Shown here: piece after piece, positions 37,761 to 50,995 of the stretch | How positions within the stretch are numbered: the first letter of the stretch is position 1 | How the letters are laid out: each line of letters opens with the position of its first letter | Assembly: GCF_006345805.1 (NCBI RefSeq) | Contig: NC_042998.1 | Coordinates: 6,510,001 to 6,574,000 of the forward strand | Reading direction: 5' to 3' | DNA from: Octopus sinensis | Taxonomy: Eukaryota | Length of the DNA: 64,000 nucleotides | Program-made: the position numbers and the translations under genes | The notes under the pieces: model-generated | What the model saw: the letters and a program-made list of their open reading frames with translations, nothing else | Database searches by the model: none | What the model was told of the DNA's origin: nothing

Positions 37761-39734
37761 CAGCTCACTGCCTGAAGATTGAAATTAAATATTAAATACT
37801 CTATTCCTCTATCCCCCATTTTTCCAATTCTCCACTGAAAGTTTACAGGTGTGCCATCCTCTTCTTCAGACTAATAATTATAAATTCACATGAATAGACT
37901 GAGTATTGTGCAAGATTTTAGATGCAAAGTTTACCGCCAAAGTAACCATTATGCCATCTAATACTTTGGTAACATACAGATGTGCAATTGTAAGTAAAAT
38001 ATACTGTGGTATATTAGCAGATTGAACTATAGACCAGTGCTTGCCCAAAGGTAGAATATATTTTATTTTTTATTTCTTTATTGCCCACAGGGGGCTAAAC
38101 ATAGGGGGGACAAACAAGGACAGACAAAGGGATTAAGTCGATTACATTGACCCCAGTGCGTCACTGGTACTTATCTAATCAACACCGAAAGGATGAAAGG
38201 CAAAGTCAACCTCGGTGGAATTTGAACTCAGAACGAAGTGGCAAATGAAATACCACTAAGCATTTTGCAAGGCATGCTAACAACTCTGCCAAGCTCACCA
38301 TCCTATATATGATATATTTTATCTGATAAATGAGAGATGACATTTTTTTTTATCATTAGAAAAAGAGATAAGGTGGTGAACTGACAGAAATATTAGCATG
38401 CTGGACAAAATACATAGGGGTATTTTGTCCCATCTTTATGTTCTGAGTTCAAGTTCTGCTGAGGTCAACTTTAGCCTCTCATCCTTTCAGGGTCGAGAAA
38501 ATAAGTACCAGTTGAACACTGGGATTGATGCAAGTGACTTATTCCCCTGCCCCGAAATCACTGGCCCTGTGCCAAAATTCGAAACCATAATTTGAAAAGG
38601 GGATGCAGTAACCACAATCTCTAAAGGTTTTTCCCTGCTCCAGACTGCCAAGAATTATGTGGTTGTTGTTCAGTTTGATATTTCCTAAGTCAACACCAAA
38701 ATAGCTAAAAACGTAACACTCACACAAACACAATGAAACAGCAATATATATTTCACAATTATATTTATAACAATAACTGTGATAAAAATAAATTGTATCA
38801 CTATTATTTCTACAGATTCATTGAAGAGATATTAAAATAAATTCCAGCACTTCACAGACAAAAATAAGCCTTTTAAACACAATACAAACATTTTTTTAAA
38901 ATTCTACTGTACACTAATGATCTGAAATGTACTTTTAAAAAGTTATAAAACATTTAATCATCACACTCAACATTCAAATCATTATAGTTCAGAAAAAATT
39001 CTTATAGCTACAGAGTTTTATAAATCTCTTATACAATGCTATAAGATCTCTATTACACTCCAAAAAGAATTCACAAATCAATTCGTATTGGAGAAGGTCT
39101 CATAACACATAAAATCATATTTCCAGTACATAAATACCAGCTGTACAACTACTTCAACCGCACATCAGCTAATTAGAAACCTGATTCTAAAATATCAGAT
39201 TTAATATAGCAACTGTGAAGTCCACAGCTTTGTCCTGGATATCATTTCTGTGACCAGCTGCTACCTGTTTCCAAGCAAGGTAATATTTCTCCATTGCCAG
39301 AGATAATTTTCACAGAAAACTGGAAATGGATAATGCTGCTTGTATGACAGTGATGTTCATTTACAGCTATCATGTGATGTCAAGACAGGGATATATCTTT
39401 TCTACTCTAGGCAGAAGCCCCAGAAATTTTGGGGAGGGGGCTAGTCGATTAGATCAACCCCAGTACGCAACTGGTACTTAATTTATCAACCCCGAAAGAA
39501 TGAAAGGTAAAGTCTACCTCGTCAGAAATACAGGGATATAGACAAACACACACATACACACACAGGCACATGCTCACGCACACACATGCACATGTGTGCA
39601 CACACACACACACAAACACATTACAGTGGCTCCAATACACGGTCACTCTACCTACCTTAAATAGCAGTCAAAGCATAGCATCTTAAATAATAAAATGACT
39701 TATTATATTGGCAGTCCCATACACTCATAAAAAG

Positions 39735-39766
<32 letters not shown>

Positions 39767-39773
<7 letters not shown>

Positions 39774-40101
39774 GCAAGATCTTTTATGTGAAGTCGTGTG
39801 TTGAAACAGATATTGTTATATTTCGGAATGGTCATTTTGCCAGTTTAGCCATATAAGCATGCGCAAATGAAGACATACAATAGAAATACAAAATGGCTGA
39901 CATTTAGTAAGGAGAGACACAAATAAGAAAGAAGAAAACAAAGGACCACTGATGCGGTCACAGGAGTGTGACGAAAGAACTCTGGCCAAAATAAGATTAA
40001 GATTAATGTAAAAAATAAATAATACTGAAGCAAAATAACACCAAATATATAGTGCGTGTGTTTTTATTGGCTAAACTGGCAAAATGACCATTCCGAAATA
40101 T

Positions 40102-40109
<8 letters not shown>
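39767..40109 (+). mobile_element. Small element with perfect 42-bp inverted repeats and an internal hammerhead-like motif, set in (TA)n
   Basis: 39810-39851 is the exact reverse complement of 40068-40109. GGACCA-CTGATGCG-GTCAC-AGGAGT-GTGAC-GAAA-GAAC-TC-TGGCC lies at 39943-39987. Confidence 0.75.
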
Positions 40110-40146
<37 letters not shown>

Positions 40147-40463
40147 TGACCAGAACTGGCTTGTGGTTTAGGAAAAATAGTAACAATCTTCCTTTTTACT
40201 AGCAACACAAAAGACCGTCAGATACTACCATCCCTCACTCATAACAACCGAAAACATACTATATATATATCCTCCTCCTCCTCATCATCATTTAACGTCC
40301 ATTTTCCATGCTGGCATGAGTTGGACTGTTTGCCAGAGGCTGGCAAGGCCAGGAGTTGTACCAGGCTGAATCGTCTGTTTAGCATGGTTTCTCCAGCTGG
40401 ATGCCCTTCCTAACGCCAGCCACCTTACAAAGTGGTGTCTCAATGAATCATATATGATACACA

Positions 40464-40719
40464 TGTGGGATGACGTCAGCAGCGGGGTGCGTTGACCGGA
40501 AGCTGGGGCAAGTGGAAGGGGTCAGCTGTCAAGCGTGCGCAGGGAACGGAAATTGACCTTTTCCAACGTGGGTCGTGGAGGTGACAAGACGTGCCAGGAC
40601 GTCGCTAAGGGTTTGGGCTAGCAGCTGCTATCGTTAGTGTTCGGGTCGGGGCTGTGAGGAAGGACTAGTCATCTCTGGAGGATCACCGTCACTACGAAGA
40701 GAAGGTAGGTGCCTCTATA
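40464..40719 (+). mobile_element. LTR-like element, copy 1
   Basis: Shares its first 20 nt and an 18-nt 3' block with 48324-48584. GC-rich. Confidence 0.5.
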
Positions 40720-41305
40720 TTCAAATCGCACACTCACTACAACACATTCCTCAATTTTTGTCAACCACTAGAGTAACTTGGATCTTATGAAAGAAAAGCT
40801 TTATCTTGCTCAGAACACATGAATCAAATATGCTAGATAAAAATTTGAAAACCAACATGGACATTTACGACAAACATGAAAATGGTTTGGACAGGCAAAA
40901 GGTCAACAGGAGCAGAGGATTATTAACAAGTGGAAGGATAAAAAAATTTTTTTTCATTTTCTGAAAACTTTTATATATTTTTATTTTTGTAATTCAAGAG
41001 ATAAATTGAAAATTTTCTTTTCTTGTTTTCAACAAGGTAAAACACCAGAAAAACAGAGGAAATAATTAACTTGAAATTGTCTACGCAAATCAGTATGAAT
41101 TAGTTCAATTAATTATTTTGATAAGCTCTCCATCCAACCCCCGCCTTTCCCACTCACACATATAAACATAAAGATAGAGAACAAATAAACAAATAAACAA
41201 TTAAACATTTAAAGATACTTGTTTCTTTCCGCTAACCTTATCTAATTTCTTTTCTTCTCTGCCTCTTACTACTTCTCTCTCTTTGCAGACAGTCTAATTC
41301 TTCAG

Positions 41306-41417
41306 ACTTAAAATAGCCAAAGGACACAATTTTTTTCTTTACTATGAAGGACTTCTTAGTCCAAAACATTCAGAATTTGTTCCTCCCAATAATGTTAGAA
41401 ATTATGAAAATTTCACT
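41306..41417 (+). CDS. Candidate internal exon (LKIAKGHNFFLYYEGLLSPKHSEFVPPNNVRNYENFT)
   Basis: Pyrimidine-rich upstream sequence, ttcttcAG acceptor, GTATGT donor and one open frame. No homolog recognised. Confidence 0.3.
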
Positions 41418-41539
41418 GTATGTGAAGTTTGCATCCAAAACTACGCCTTTCCATGGATAGTCCACACTGCATGGCACCATAGGCAATTGGTTTCTTCTGT
41501 AGTCCTGGGCATCAGGGAGATACACAGATACATACACAC

Positions 41540-41540
<1 letters not shown>

Positions 41541-41607
<67 letters not shown>

Positions 41608-41615
41608 ATAGATAA

Positions 41616-41648
<33 letters not shown>

Positions 41649-41799
41649 GTTTCTTTATTAGCCACACAGGGCTGCACACAGACAGGACAGATTACAAAGT
41701 AGAGCTTTTCTTTTTGGGGAGAGAAAAAAAAGTGGGGTAAGTTTTCAATGAAAAGGGATCGTAAAAGGGAAAGAACCCCCCCCCCAAAAAAAAAACACC

Positions 41800-41830
<31 letters not shown>

Positions 41831-41866
41831 TAGATACATACATACGTACATACAAACATACATACA

Positions 41867-41900
<34 letters not shown>

Positions 41901-42224
41901 CATACATACATACATACATGCATACCTACATACATAAATACACACAAACATACATGTATACATACATACATACATACATACATACATACATACATACATA
42001 CATACGTACATACAAACATACATACATGCATACCTACATACATACATACATACATACATACATACATACATACGTACATACAAACATACATACATACATA
42101 CGTACATACAAACATACATACATACATACCTACATACATACATACAACACACATACAAACATACATACATACATACATACATACATACATACATACATAC
42201 ATACATACATACATACATACATAC
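41541..42224. repeat. (GATA)n at 41541-41645 and (GACA)n/(TACA)n at 41800-42224
   Basis: Seen directly. Confidence 0.95.
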
Positions 42225-44487
42225 TAAACAGAAACAACCTAGATGGAAAAGAAAACTTGAAGAAAACACCAACAACGTGTGCCACACCATATCAAATGGT
42301 TAACTACAATAAAATGTAAGGAGAGAAATGAGTTTATACCTCATCAACTCTACCTTAAACAAAAATTAACTAAACTTTATGGCAACTCTTCACACTGAGC
42401 TCTTGAGGGAAAGCTAATCACTTTAAAACATGAACTCAGGACAATGAGTAAGAAACTCTGCTATCACATGCAAATTTTTAAACGAACCAGTATCAATTGC
42501 AAGTTTGCTTCCAACCCACAAGCATTATACGGAGAGATGAAGAAGGAAAACATTACCATTAAGAAAGCTCCCTTCTAAGAAGATCTACAATCATTCTGAT
42601 AACAAGTTTGGAACAAAAAGAGGGATTTCAACCTGAAAGCATTGTGGTTAAATACAATTGACTGGGAATACTGTACCAACATTAAGAGTAAAACATACAG
42701 AATTGTTGCAGAAACCTTCGTTATAGCAGTAGGCAAACTACAGAATGGGAAGGCACCTGGAAGGGACCTAATAGTTGGATATTGGTACAAAAAGCTGACA
42801 TTTTATAGAAACCAGTTGATATGTATGTTCAAAAGGATTATGGAAGGTCAGACAGATATACCAAATTGGCTTGCTACGGGAAGGGGAAATCTTGTTGCCA
42901 AAAATGAAATCACTGAGATGGCAGGTAATTACAGGCCTATTGCTTGCCTAAACATTATGTACAAACTATACATATAGGCGCAGGAGTGGCTGTGTGGTAA
43001 GTAGCTTGCTAACCAACCACATGGCTCCGGGTTCAGTCCCACTGCATGGCACCTTGGGCAAGTGTCTTCTGCTATAACCCCGGGCCGACCAATGCCTTGT
43101 GAGTGGATTTGGTAGACGGAAACTGAAAGAAGCCTGTCGTATATATGTATATATATATATATGTATGTGTGTGTCTCTGTGTTTGTCCCCCTAGCATTGC
43201 TTGACAACCGATGCTGGTGTGTTTACGTTCCCGTCACTTAGCGGTTCGGCAAAAGAGACCGATAGAATAAGTACTGGGCTTACAAAGAATAAGTCCCGGG
43301 GACGATTTGCTCGACTAAAGGCGGTGCTCCAGCATGGCCACAGTCAAATGACTGAAATAAATAAAAGAGTAAAAGAGTAAAGAGTAAGCCTGAGATCAGT
43401 GCAGACAGCCTTTGAATGCCAAATGGTATCCCTTGGACGGAACCTGCTGAACAACAGCAGCAAAAATAAATAAATTCAATGCTGGAAAGTGAAGTGAGCA
43501 ACATTGTATGAGTTGGCTGTGAGCTCCTCAAGAAGCACTCTCTTCCTGATGATCTCCTATACAGCTCTCCAAAACAGCTGGACTCTCTTACCCCAGAGAA
43601 GACCTGGAGGGAAAGCACTCAGTATACATAAAAGAGACTATGCATGGGTATGTTGCCCTGAAGCTTGAAGAAGGCAATAGAATTGACATGAAGCACAGTC
43701 TCTCTCTGACATAAAACCATTCCTTCACATCTCACTTTGAAGGCTATGTGTTTGCAATCCAGGAACAGGAGATGGCCACAAAATACCTGGTGAACAAGAG
43801 ATACAGTGATGCTCTTATAATCCCAAGGTGCAACCACATGTGTAGGCTATGTCGTGTTTCTGTGGAAGACATCATGCATGTGATTAACAGCTATCTTAAA
43901 ATGTCATCATGGTACTACCTCCCTATGCGATATGATGTTGCTAAAACAATTTACAATGCCATCCACAAAAAAGGCTGTCTTGAAATAAACTTAGAAAATC
44001 CTTCCGTTATGGAATACATTCATAAACACCAACTCAAAGAATACTGGTGGAATATTCCCATCAAAACTTTTGTCAAATGTAAACATAACAGGCCGGATAT
44101 TGTTATTTGGGACAGAGGGGCAAAGGTATGTACTGTCATAGAGGTCACCTTCCCTGCAGATATAAATATCTCTTTGAAAATCAAAGGAGAAGAGCATATC
44201 TATGGACAACTGCTTTGAAACCTCCAGCTTCTATATCCAGTCTATGAATTCATATTCATATCAATAATAATTGGAGCACTAGGTTTTGTTAGTAAAAGCT
44301 TAAAGGAGAATCTGGATAAACTGGGATTTTCAGAAAGACAAATTGACAGGTTAATTCGTACATTACAAGTGCAATCTTTTCTCAAGTTCCAAATGTGAAT
44401 TTGTGTTAGCTACATCCCAAAGATGGAGCCTTGTATCTTTGTTGAAAACCAGCTCCTTCCTCAGTGGAAGATTTATAATAATTAAAA
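42225..44487 (+). mobile_element. R4/Dong-clade non-LTR retrotransposon with RLE domain; 5'-truncated, RT core missing
   Basis: QPRWKRKLE, KAPGRDLIVGYWYK and NYRPIACLNIMYKLY (RT entry), followed after the SINE by CRLCRVSVEDIMHVI (zinc knuckle) and NRPDIVIWD...VIEV (restriction-like endonuclease). 3' end is ataataattaaaaaa. Confidence 0.8.
42977..43387 (+). mobile_element. SINE family A at the deletion point of the R4 element
   Basis: Full head-to-tail copy with no evident TSD. Confidence 0.85.
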
Positions 44488-45371
44488 AATACATTTATAC
44501 ATACATACCTATGAGTCTCTGGCTTGGCTTCCAGTACCATATTCCTAACCATATGCCTTCCAATGAAACAGAAGTTCAAATTTCTTCTTTCAATATCTAT
44601 ACTATTTTGTCTAAATTCACCATTTCATTTTTCTATAATTTCCATTTTTCCCCCTACCTGCTCCAGAATTATTCACCTGTTCCTCTTTGTCCTCCTTACT
44701 CTTTACCCCTACAACCCCACCAGTCAACCGAATCCCTTGCGCAAAGCATTGATCACCTGAGATGCAAGACACTACTTGTAATAGAACAACAGCCTCCATA
44801 CGGAAGCAAAGTGGACTTTTAAAGCACACAGCCATACTTCTACCACATGTGCTACAGCTTGGGCAACCAACTGATTTAAAAATCAAATCTCTCTAAGGTT
44901 GATTTGATAAAGTGTTTCATATCCTCATAAATGATAAAACAACTCACAATGTTATATATTTTACTAAGTAAACTGAATGTATCTTTTCAAACTAAAATAA
45001 GCTTTACATTTACAAACAAAAAAAATAACTATCATTTCTGTTTATTTTCTATTTTGTTGTACTTAAGATAAAGCAAATATAAATCCAAAATACAACATCT
45101 GAACATCATAACCAGGTTGCATAAGAATAATAATAATTGTATTCCATCTATGACACTAACCTCTGAATATTTGATGAGACTTTCTAAAAAGTAAAGATAA
45201 TATTTTTTTCTTCTCATAGGTTTTTATTTGATTTAAAATATTTATATTGATAATCAATATCCTTGGTACTTACATAAGTAAACATTAGTCTTGGTAAATT
45301 TTTTATTTTATTTTAGAAAACGGAAACATTTGGGAACAAGCAAAAAACTTTGGATACAATCATATGTAATC

Positions 45372-45402
<31 letters not shown>

Positions 45403-45414
45403 TGTATGTATGTA

Positions 45415-45454
<40 letters not shown>

Positions 45455-45945
45455 TCTAGTTTCATTAATGAGAAGAAAGTTTTCTTGTCTGAAGTAATAA
45501 CATACAAATATATATATCTGAAAAATATTTCAAAATTTTGTTCTGTACAATAGGTCTTTCATGAAAGTTGTCCAAGTATCTTCAAAGTTTAGCAATCATT
45601 ATCGTGTATTTCAGCATGATCTCATTTCATAATCTGATGATCTTCCTTAGCCGGCCCAAATAATAATATTAACGACATAAATCACACCGTTGGGGCTTCA
45701 TATCAAATTAACTGCATGCTAGATGAGACATCGAGATAATGCAACTAAACAACGGGCCTGTTTGCAAATCAAAGACATATCTGTAGATAAATATCTGAAG
45801 CCATGTGAGTTCAAAAGAAACTTTCTATTATGTAATAAAGACAGAGAATTTCAGAGGAGATCAATTTTGTGACATCACATCATCTTCTAACATCATACAA
45901 ATAGATTCAGAGAGAACTTTCTTCATGAGATGCTGTAGTCAATGT

Positions 45946-46888
45946 CTGTCAAGAAAATTCATACATTCATATATCAGTTTCATTTTTTTATATATATCTC
46001 TTTTACTCTTTTACTCTTTTACATGTTTCAGTCATTTGACTGCGGCCATGCTGGAGCACCGCCTTTAGTCGAGCAAATCGACCCCGGGACTTATTCTTTT
46101 TGTAAGCCCAGTACTTATTCTATCGGTCTCTTTTGCTGAACCGCTAAGTGACAGGGACGTAAACACACCAGCATCGGTTGTCAAGCAATGCTAGGGGGAC
46201 AAACACAGACACACAAACAAACACACATACATATATACAATGGGCTTCTTTCAGCTTCCGTCTACCAAATCCACTCACAAGGCATTGGTCGGCCCAGGGC
46301 TATAGCAGAAGACACTTGCCCAAGATGCCATGCAGTGGGACTGAACCGGGAACCATGTGGATGGTTAGCAAGCTACTTACCACACAGCCACTCCTGCGCC
46401 TGTCAAGAAAATTCATACATTCATATATCAGTTTCATTTTTTATATATATCTCTTTTACTCTTTTACTCTTTTACATGTTTCAGTCATTTGACTGCGGCC
46501 ATGCTGGAGCACCGCCTTTAGTCGAGCAAATCGACCCCGGGACTTATTCTTTTTGTAAGCCCAGTACTTATTCTATCGGTCTCTTTTGCTGAACCGCTAA
46601 GTGACAGGGACGTAAACACACCAGCATCGGTTGTCAAGCAATGCTAGGGGGACAAACACAGACACACAAACAAACACACATACATATATACAATGGGCTT
46701 CTTTCAGCTTCCGTCTACCAAATCCACTCACAAGGCATTGGTCGGCCCAGGGCTATAGCAGAAGACACTTGCCCAAGATGCCATGCAGTGGGACTGAACC
46801 GGGAACCATGTGGATGGTTAGCAAGCTACTTACCACACAGCCACTCCTGCGCCTGTCAAGAAAATTCATACATTCATATATCAGTTTC

Positions 46889-46900
<12 letters not shown>
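45946..46900 (-). repeat. Tandem array: flank - SINE A - flank - SINE A - flank (period 453-454 bp)
   Basis: ctgtcaagaaaattcatacattcatatatcagtttcatttt at 45946, 46400 and 46853. The two SINEs share private variants. Confidence 0.9.
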
Positions 46901-46930
<30 letters not shown>

Positions 46931-46965
46931 TATATATTATATATATATATATATGTATATGTATA

Positions 46966-47013
<48 letters not shown>

Positions 47014-47217
47014 CTTCATTGATTCAAGGCAGTAAGCTTGCAGAATCATTACCTAGCAGGATAAAACTCTTAGCAGCTTTCTTCTAGCTTTATGGTCTGA
47101 GTTCAAATCCTGCGAGGGTTGACTTAGCCTTTCATCCTCTTGGAGCTAATGTAATCGCCTGATCCCTTCCCCCAAAATTTCAGATTTTGTACCTATAGTG
47201 GAAAGGATTATATATAC

Positions 47218-47930
47218 TCTTTTACTCTTTTACTTATTTCAGTCATTTGACTGCAGCCATGCTGGAGCACCGCCTTTGGTTGAGCAAATCGACCCCAGGA
47301 CTTATTCTTTGTAAGCCTAGTCCTTATTCTATCGATCTTCTTTTGCCAAACTGCTAAATTACGGCGATGTAAATACACCAGCATCAGTTGTCAAGACACA
47401 CAAACATACGCACACACATACATACATATATAAATACATATATCACCATCATCATCATCATCGTTTAACGTCCGTTCTCCATGCTAGCATGGGTTGGACG
47501 GTTCGACCGGGGATCTGGGAAGCCAGAAGGCTGCACCAGGCTCCAGTCTTATCTGGCAATGTTTCTACAGCTGGATGCCCTTCCTAACGCCAACCACTCC
47601 GTGAGTGTAGTGGGTGCTTTTTACGTGCCACCTGCACAGGTGCCAGGCGAGGCTGGCAACGGCCACGGTCGGATTGGTGTATTTTATGTGCCACCGGCAC
47701 GGCAGCCAGTCGAGGCGGCGCTGGCATCGGCCACGAGTCGGATAGTCCACATATATACACATATATACGACAGGCTTCTTTCAGTTTCTATCTACCAAAT
47801 CCACTCACAAGGCTTTGGTTGGCCTGAGGCTATAGTAGAAGGCACTAGCCCAAGGTGCTATGCAGTGGGAATGAACCTGGAACCATGTAGTTGGTAAGCA
47901 AGCTACTGACCACACAGCCACTCCTGCACC
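47218..47930 (-). mobile_element. SINE family A split by a nested family B copy (47445-47745)
   Basis: The family B copy sits in the internal microsatellite of the family A SINE. The same nesting is seen at 62555-63100. Confidence 0.75.
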
Positions 47931-48323
47931 CATTCACTGTTCCCTATTACTGTAAAGCATAGAAGACACTGTTGTAGTGAAGTTAAATTATTGAGAAATT
48001 ACACTAAGAACCTTATTTTGTATCTGTGACTTCTGCTATCTCAGCCTCATCTTTAGGATATGAAGTGATGTTGGTTTCTGTACTTCCACATTTTACAGTG
48101 GACAGCTTTTGTTTATGCAAGATTCATGATAGAATTTTGTTTTAGTAGAGTTTACAGTCTGTTAAATTTTCATGTCATCAGCCACATATTTTGTCCATCA
48201 GTGCCTTTTCAGTACTATGGTAAAGTTCTGTTAATTGATATCCAATAATTTGGTGCACTTGAATGTTCAACTCATGTTTTGTTCTTCAACCATTTTTGTT
48301 CTATGTACCATTTATCTTCTGAC

Positions 48324-48584
48324 TGTGGGATGACGTCAGCAGCTGGGGAGTTGACCAGAACTTAGGGCTGACTGGAAGAGGAAGGGGTAGGAGTGACACA
48401 CGCGCAGGCAGAGGAGCAATGGGCCTTTTTGATCGGAGTAGCCAACAGAGCTGGATGTGTGAGCGCTTTGTCAAGGTAGGGGAAAAGCAGCTGCTATTTT
48501 TAGCGTTCAGGTCAGGCCGCGTGGAAGGGTGCATTACCACTGGGGAGGTCTGTGTCAACGAAGAGAAGGTAGGTGTCCTTAACA
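48324..48584 (+). mobile_element. LTR-like element, copy 2
   Basis: TGTGGGATGACGTCAGCAGC...ACGAAGAGAAGGTAGGTGTCCTTAACA, with TG...CA termini. Confidence 0.55.
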
Positions 48585-49545
48585 TTGGGTTTTCGAGGGT
48601 TCTTTTGTTTTTTTTTTTACTTGGAACTGTTGGGAGGGGTTGTGTCCAAGGCTTTTCAAGCCCTCTATATCACGGAGATTGGTGCTATTAATGCTCATTA
48701 TGGACATTTACAAGTCAACATATACAAAAAAAATCATGAGCAGGGAAGGAATTCCAGGGATCTGACATTTCAGGAAGAGAGGATTGGGCTTAGGATTAAT
48801 GGTGGCCAGGTGGCTTTGAACACAAAGAGGAGGAGAAATGAGAGGATTGAACAGAATAGCCAGCACCTAAGTATTTAGTATGTGCCTTTATCTATTGTCA
48901 ACCCATAAATGAAAATGTCTTCTAACATTAATGAGTGTAGCAAATTCGAGAAAGATATGGAAATTAAGCCTGTATCTCTTGCATTGAATCCATATATAGA
49001 ATAATATGTAATTTGAAAAGAAGAGAAAACCAAAATGCTGTTGTGCATGAATGCAACATCGGTTCTTGAAGAATATAGGACATTAAGAAACAAAAGAACA
49101 AGAAAATGCAATTTATGGCTGGTTCAGAGACAGGTGAAGGTGCTGATATGTAGCAAGCATTAAAATGAATCTATACTTTCAGAATTATATGCAGTGTTAT
49201 ATAAATGGTTTGAATAAAATAATCCAAGAATATGCTGATTTCAAAGTCAGTGACAATTGGAAATACCGAGTGTTTGATAATAGAGGTTCCAACTGCCTGA
49301 AGCGACCTATGGTTCTATGATACAAGCTACTTGTTTTAGAGTGAACTAAATTTAAATCTTCCATCAAAATTTCATGTTATGTTCCAAATGCCAGTAAAAT
49401 AATGACAAAAGTTATTTTACTAAATTTTCCATTATTTTCTAAATTAATTGTAACAAAAGCAATGGAATTCAACAGAAATATGTATGTAGTTATGTATGTA
49501 TGTATGTATTTATATATATAAAGACAAATAAATACATATACATGT

Positions 49546-49589
<44 letters not shown>

Positions 49590-50119
49590 TACAAGATGTT
49601 GAATACAAAGGGCATGGCACGTATGCAAATAGTCACACACACACACACACACACACATTCCATCCCATCTATATTCGACATTCTATTCTATTCATAAGCT
49701 GACAGACATCCTTTAAATAGATATTTAGCATCAGAATATGTAAGAGTTATTGTATGTAAAGATGAGTCTAATTAAAGTAATTCTAAAGAAACAAATTATA
49801 TCTGTTCTAGAAGATTAGCAAACTTTTGTGCTTAGTATATTGTAAACTTTCACTGACTAATCAAATTATAACTTTATGCTGTTGACTAATAATATTTGAA
49901 TTCCTCAACTGACACTCACTCTTACCATTGTTTAATTTTAAAATTCTATTAGAAGACCTTACTGGTGTTCTACTTGCTGCTAACACTCCCCCTTTTCAAT
50001 TCTTTCATCAAATATTATGTTTATAACATGCTTTACAGCATTTTAGTGGATAATGCTGCCTGATAAACTGTCATAATCCTTTTAATGTTAGATTATTATA
50101 ACGTCCACTTCGGTATACA

Positions 50120-50460
50120 GTATCATCATCATCATTGTTCGACCGTGGTCGAGACAATGGAATTTACCATGCTACGCCAGACTTCACGGTCCATCATGGC
50201 ATTACGGAGGTCCTGTTGCTGGATGCCTGTATCTCTGGAGATTACATCAGGGTAGGAGAGTGTGCGCCCTCTGGTATTGCAAGTAGATAGCTTCCAGAGG
50301 AGAAGAGTAGAAATTACCTCTTTTTCAGCACTACAACAATGTCCAGCAAACTGGACTCTCCTACCTTTCACAAGAGATGACACAGGTGCTAGTTTCCCAT
50401 ATATTTGCATTTTGGTTGGATGGCGCTTCCATGAGAGATTTTGAGCTCTCATACAGTATA
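50120..50460 (-). mobile_element. RTE/RTEX-like LINE 3' end
   Basis: RRVQFAGHC...LLLW...RGRTLSY.D.I.RDTG....LRNAMMDREVWR, followed by a (TGA)n tail. Confidence 0.75.
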
Positions 50461-50995
50461 CTTAGTAAAACCAGTTAGACACAACTGTCTCTGACTGCTG
50501 ACTATGTACTCTGCTACTTCACATACTTCTCTTTACTTATAGTGACTAGGTTATTCCATTCTTCACGTAGAAGGAGTGTACCTTTATTACTAATTCCCAA
50601 CAACATCTCCCCTTATGAGTTTTTCTTCGGAAGTGTCATTTTATTTAACAATATCTTTTTTTATTCACCCCACTTCCTTTTTTTTTGAGTTTTTTTTTTT
50701 GTGTGTGACATCTATTTTCAAGAATTCTGTATGTTTTCTTTTCCTCTCACTTGTCTGTCTGTGTGGTACTGGTACTGCAGTAGCGTTGGTATTTGGAACA
50801 TATCATACAAACATTCCATCAGTTCCTCCAACTACTTTGGCTCGCTTTCCACAAATCTCATTTTCAGTTGGTTCCTGTGTCTCTTTAGTATGCCATTTCT
50901 ACTTTTTCCCAATACACCATTTTACCTATGCATTTGGTAATTATGCCATCTTCCCAACTCTGCTTTCTATTCTTGTATGCTTTCATATACATCTA

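Noticed and set aside
41441-42319. MYVC and HTYI repeat ORFs
   Set aside because: Translations of the (TACA)n microsatellite.
45640-45900. Possible hAT (Buster-like) transposase N-terminal relic (KYLKPCEFKRNF)
   Set aside because: One short motif with many stops and no termini, so it cannot be supported by eye.
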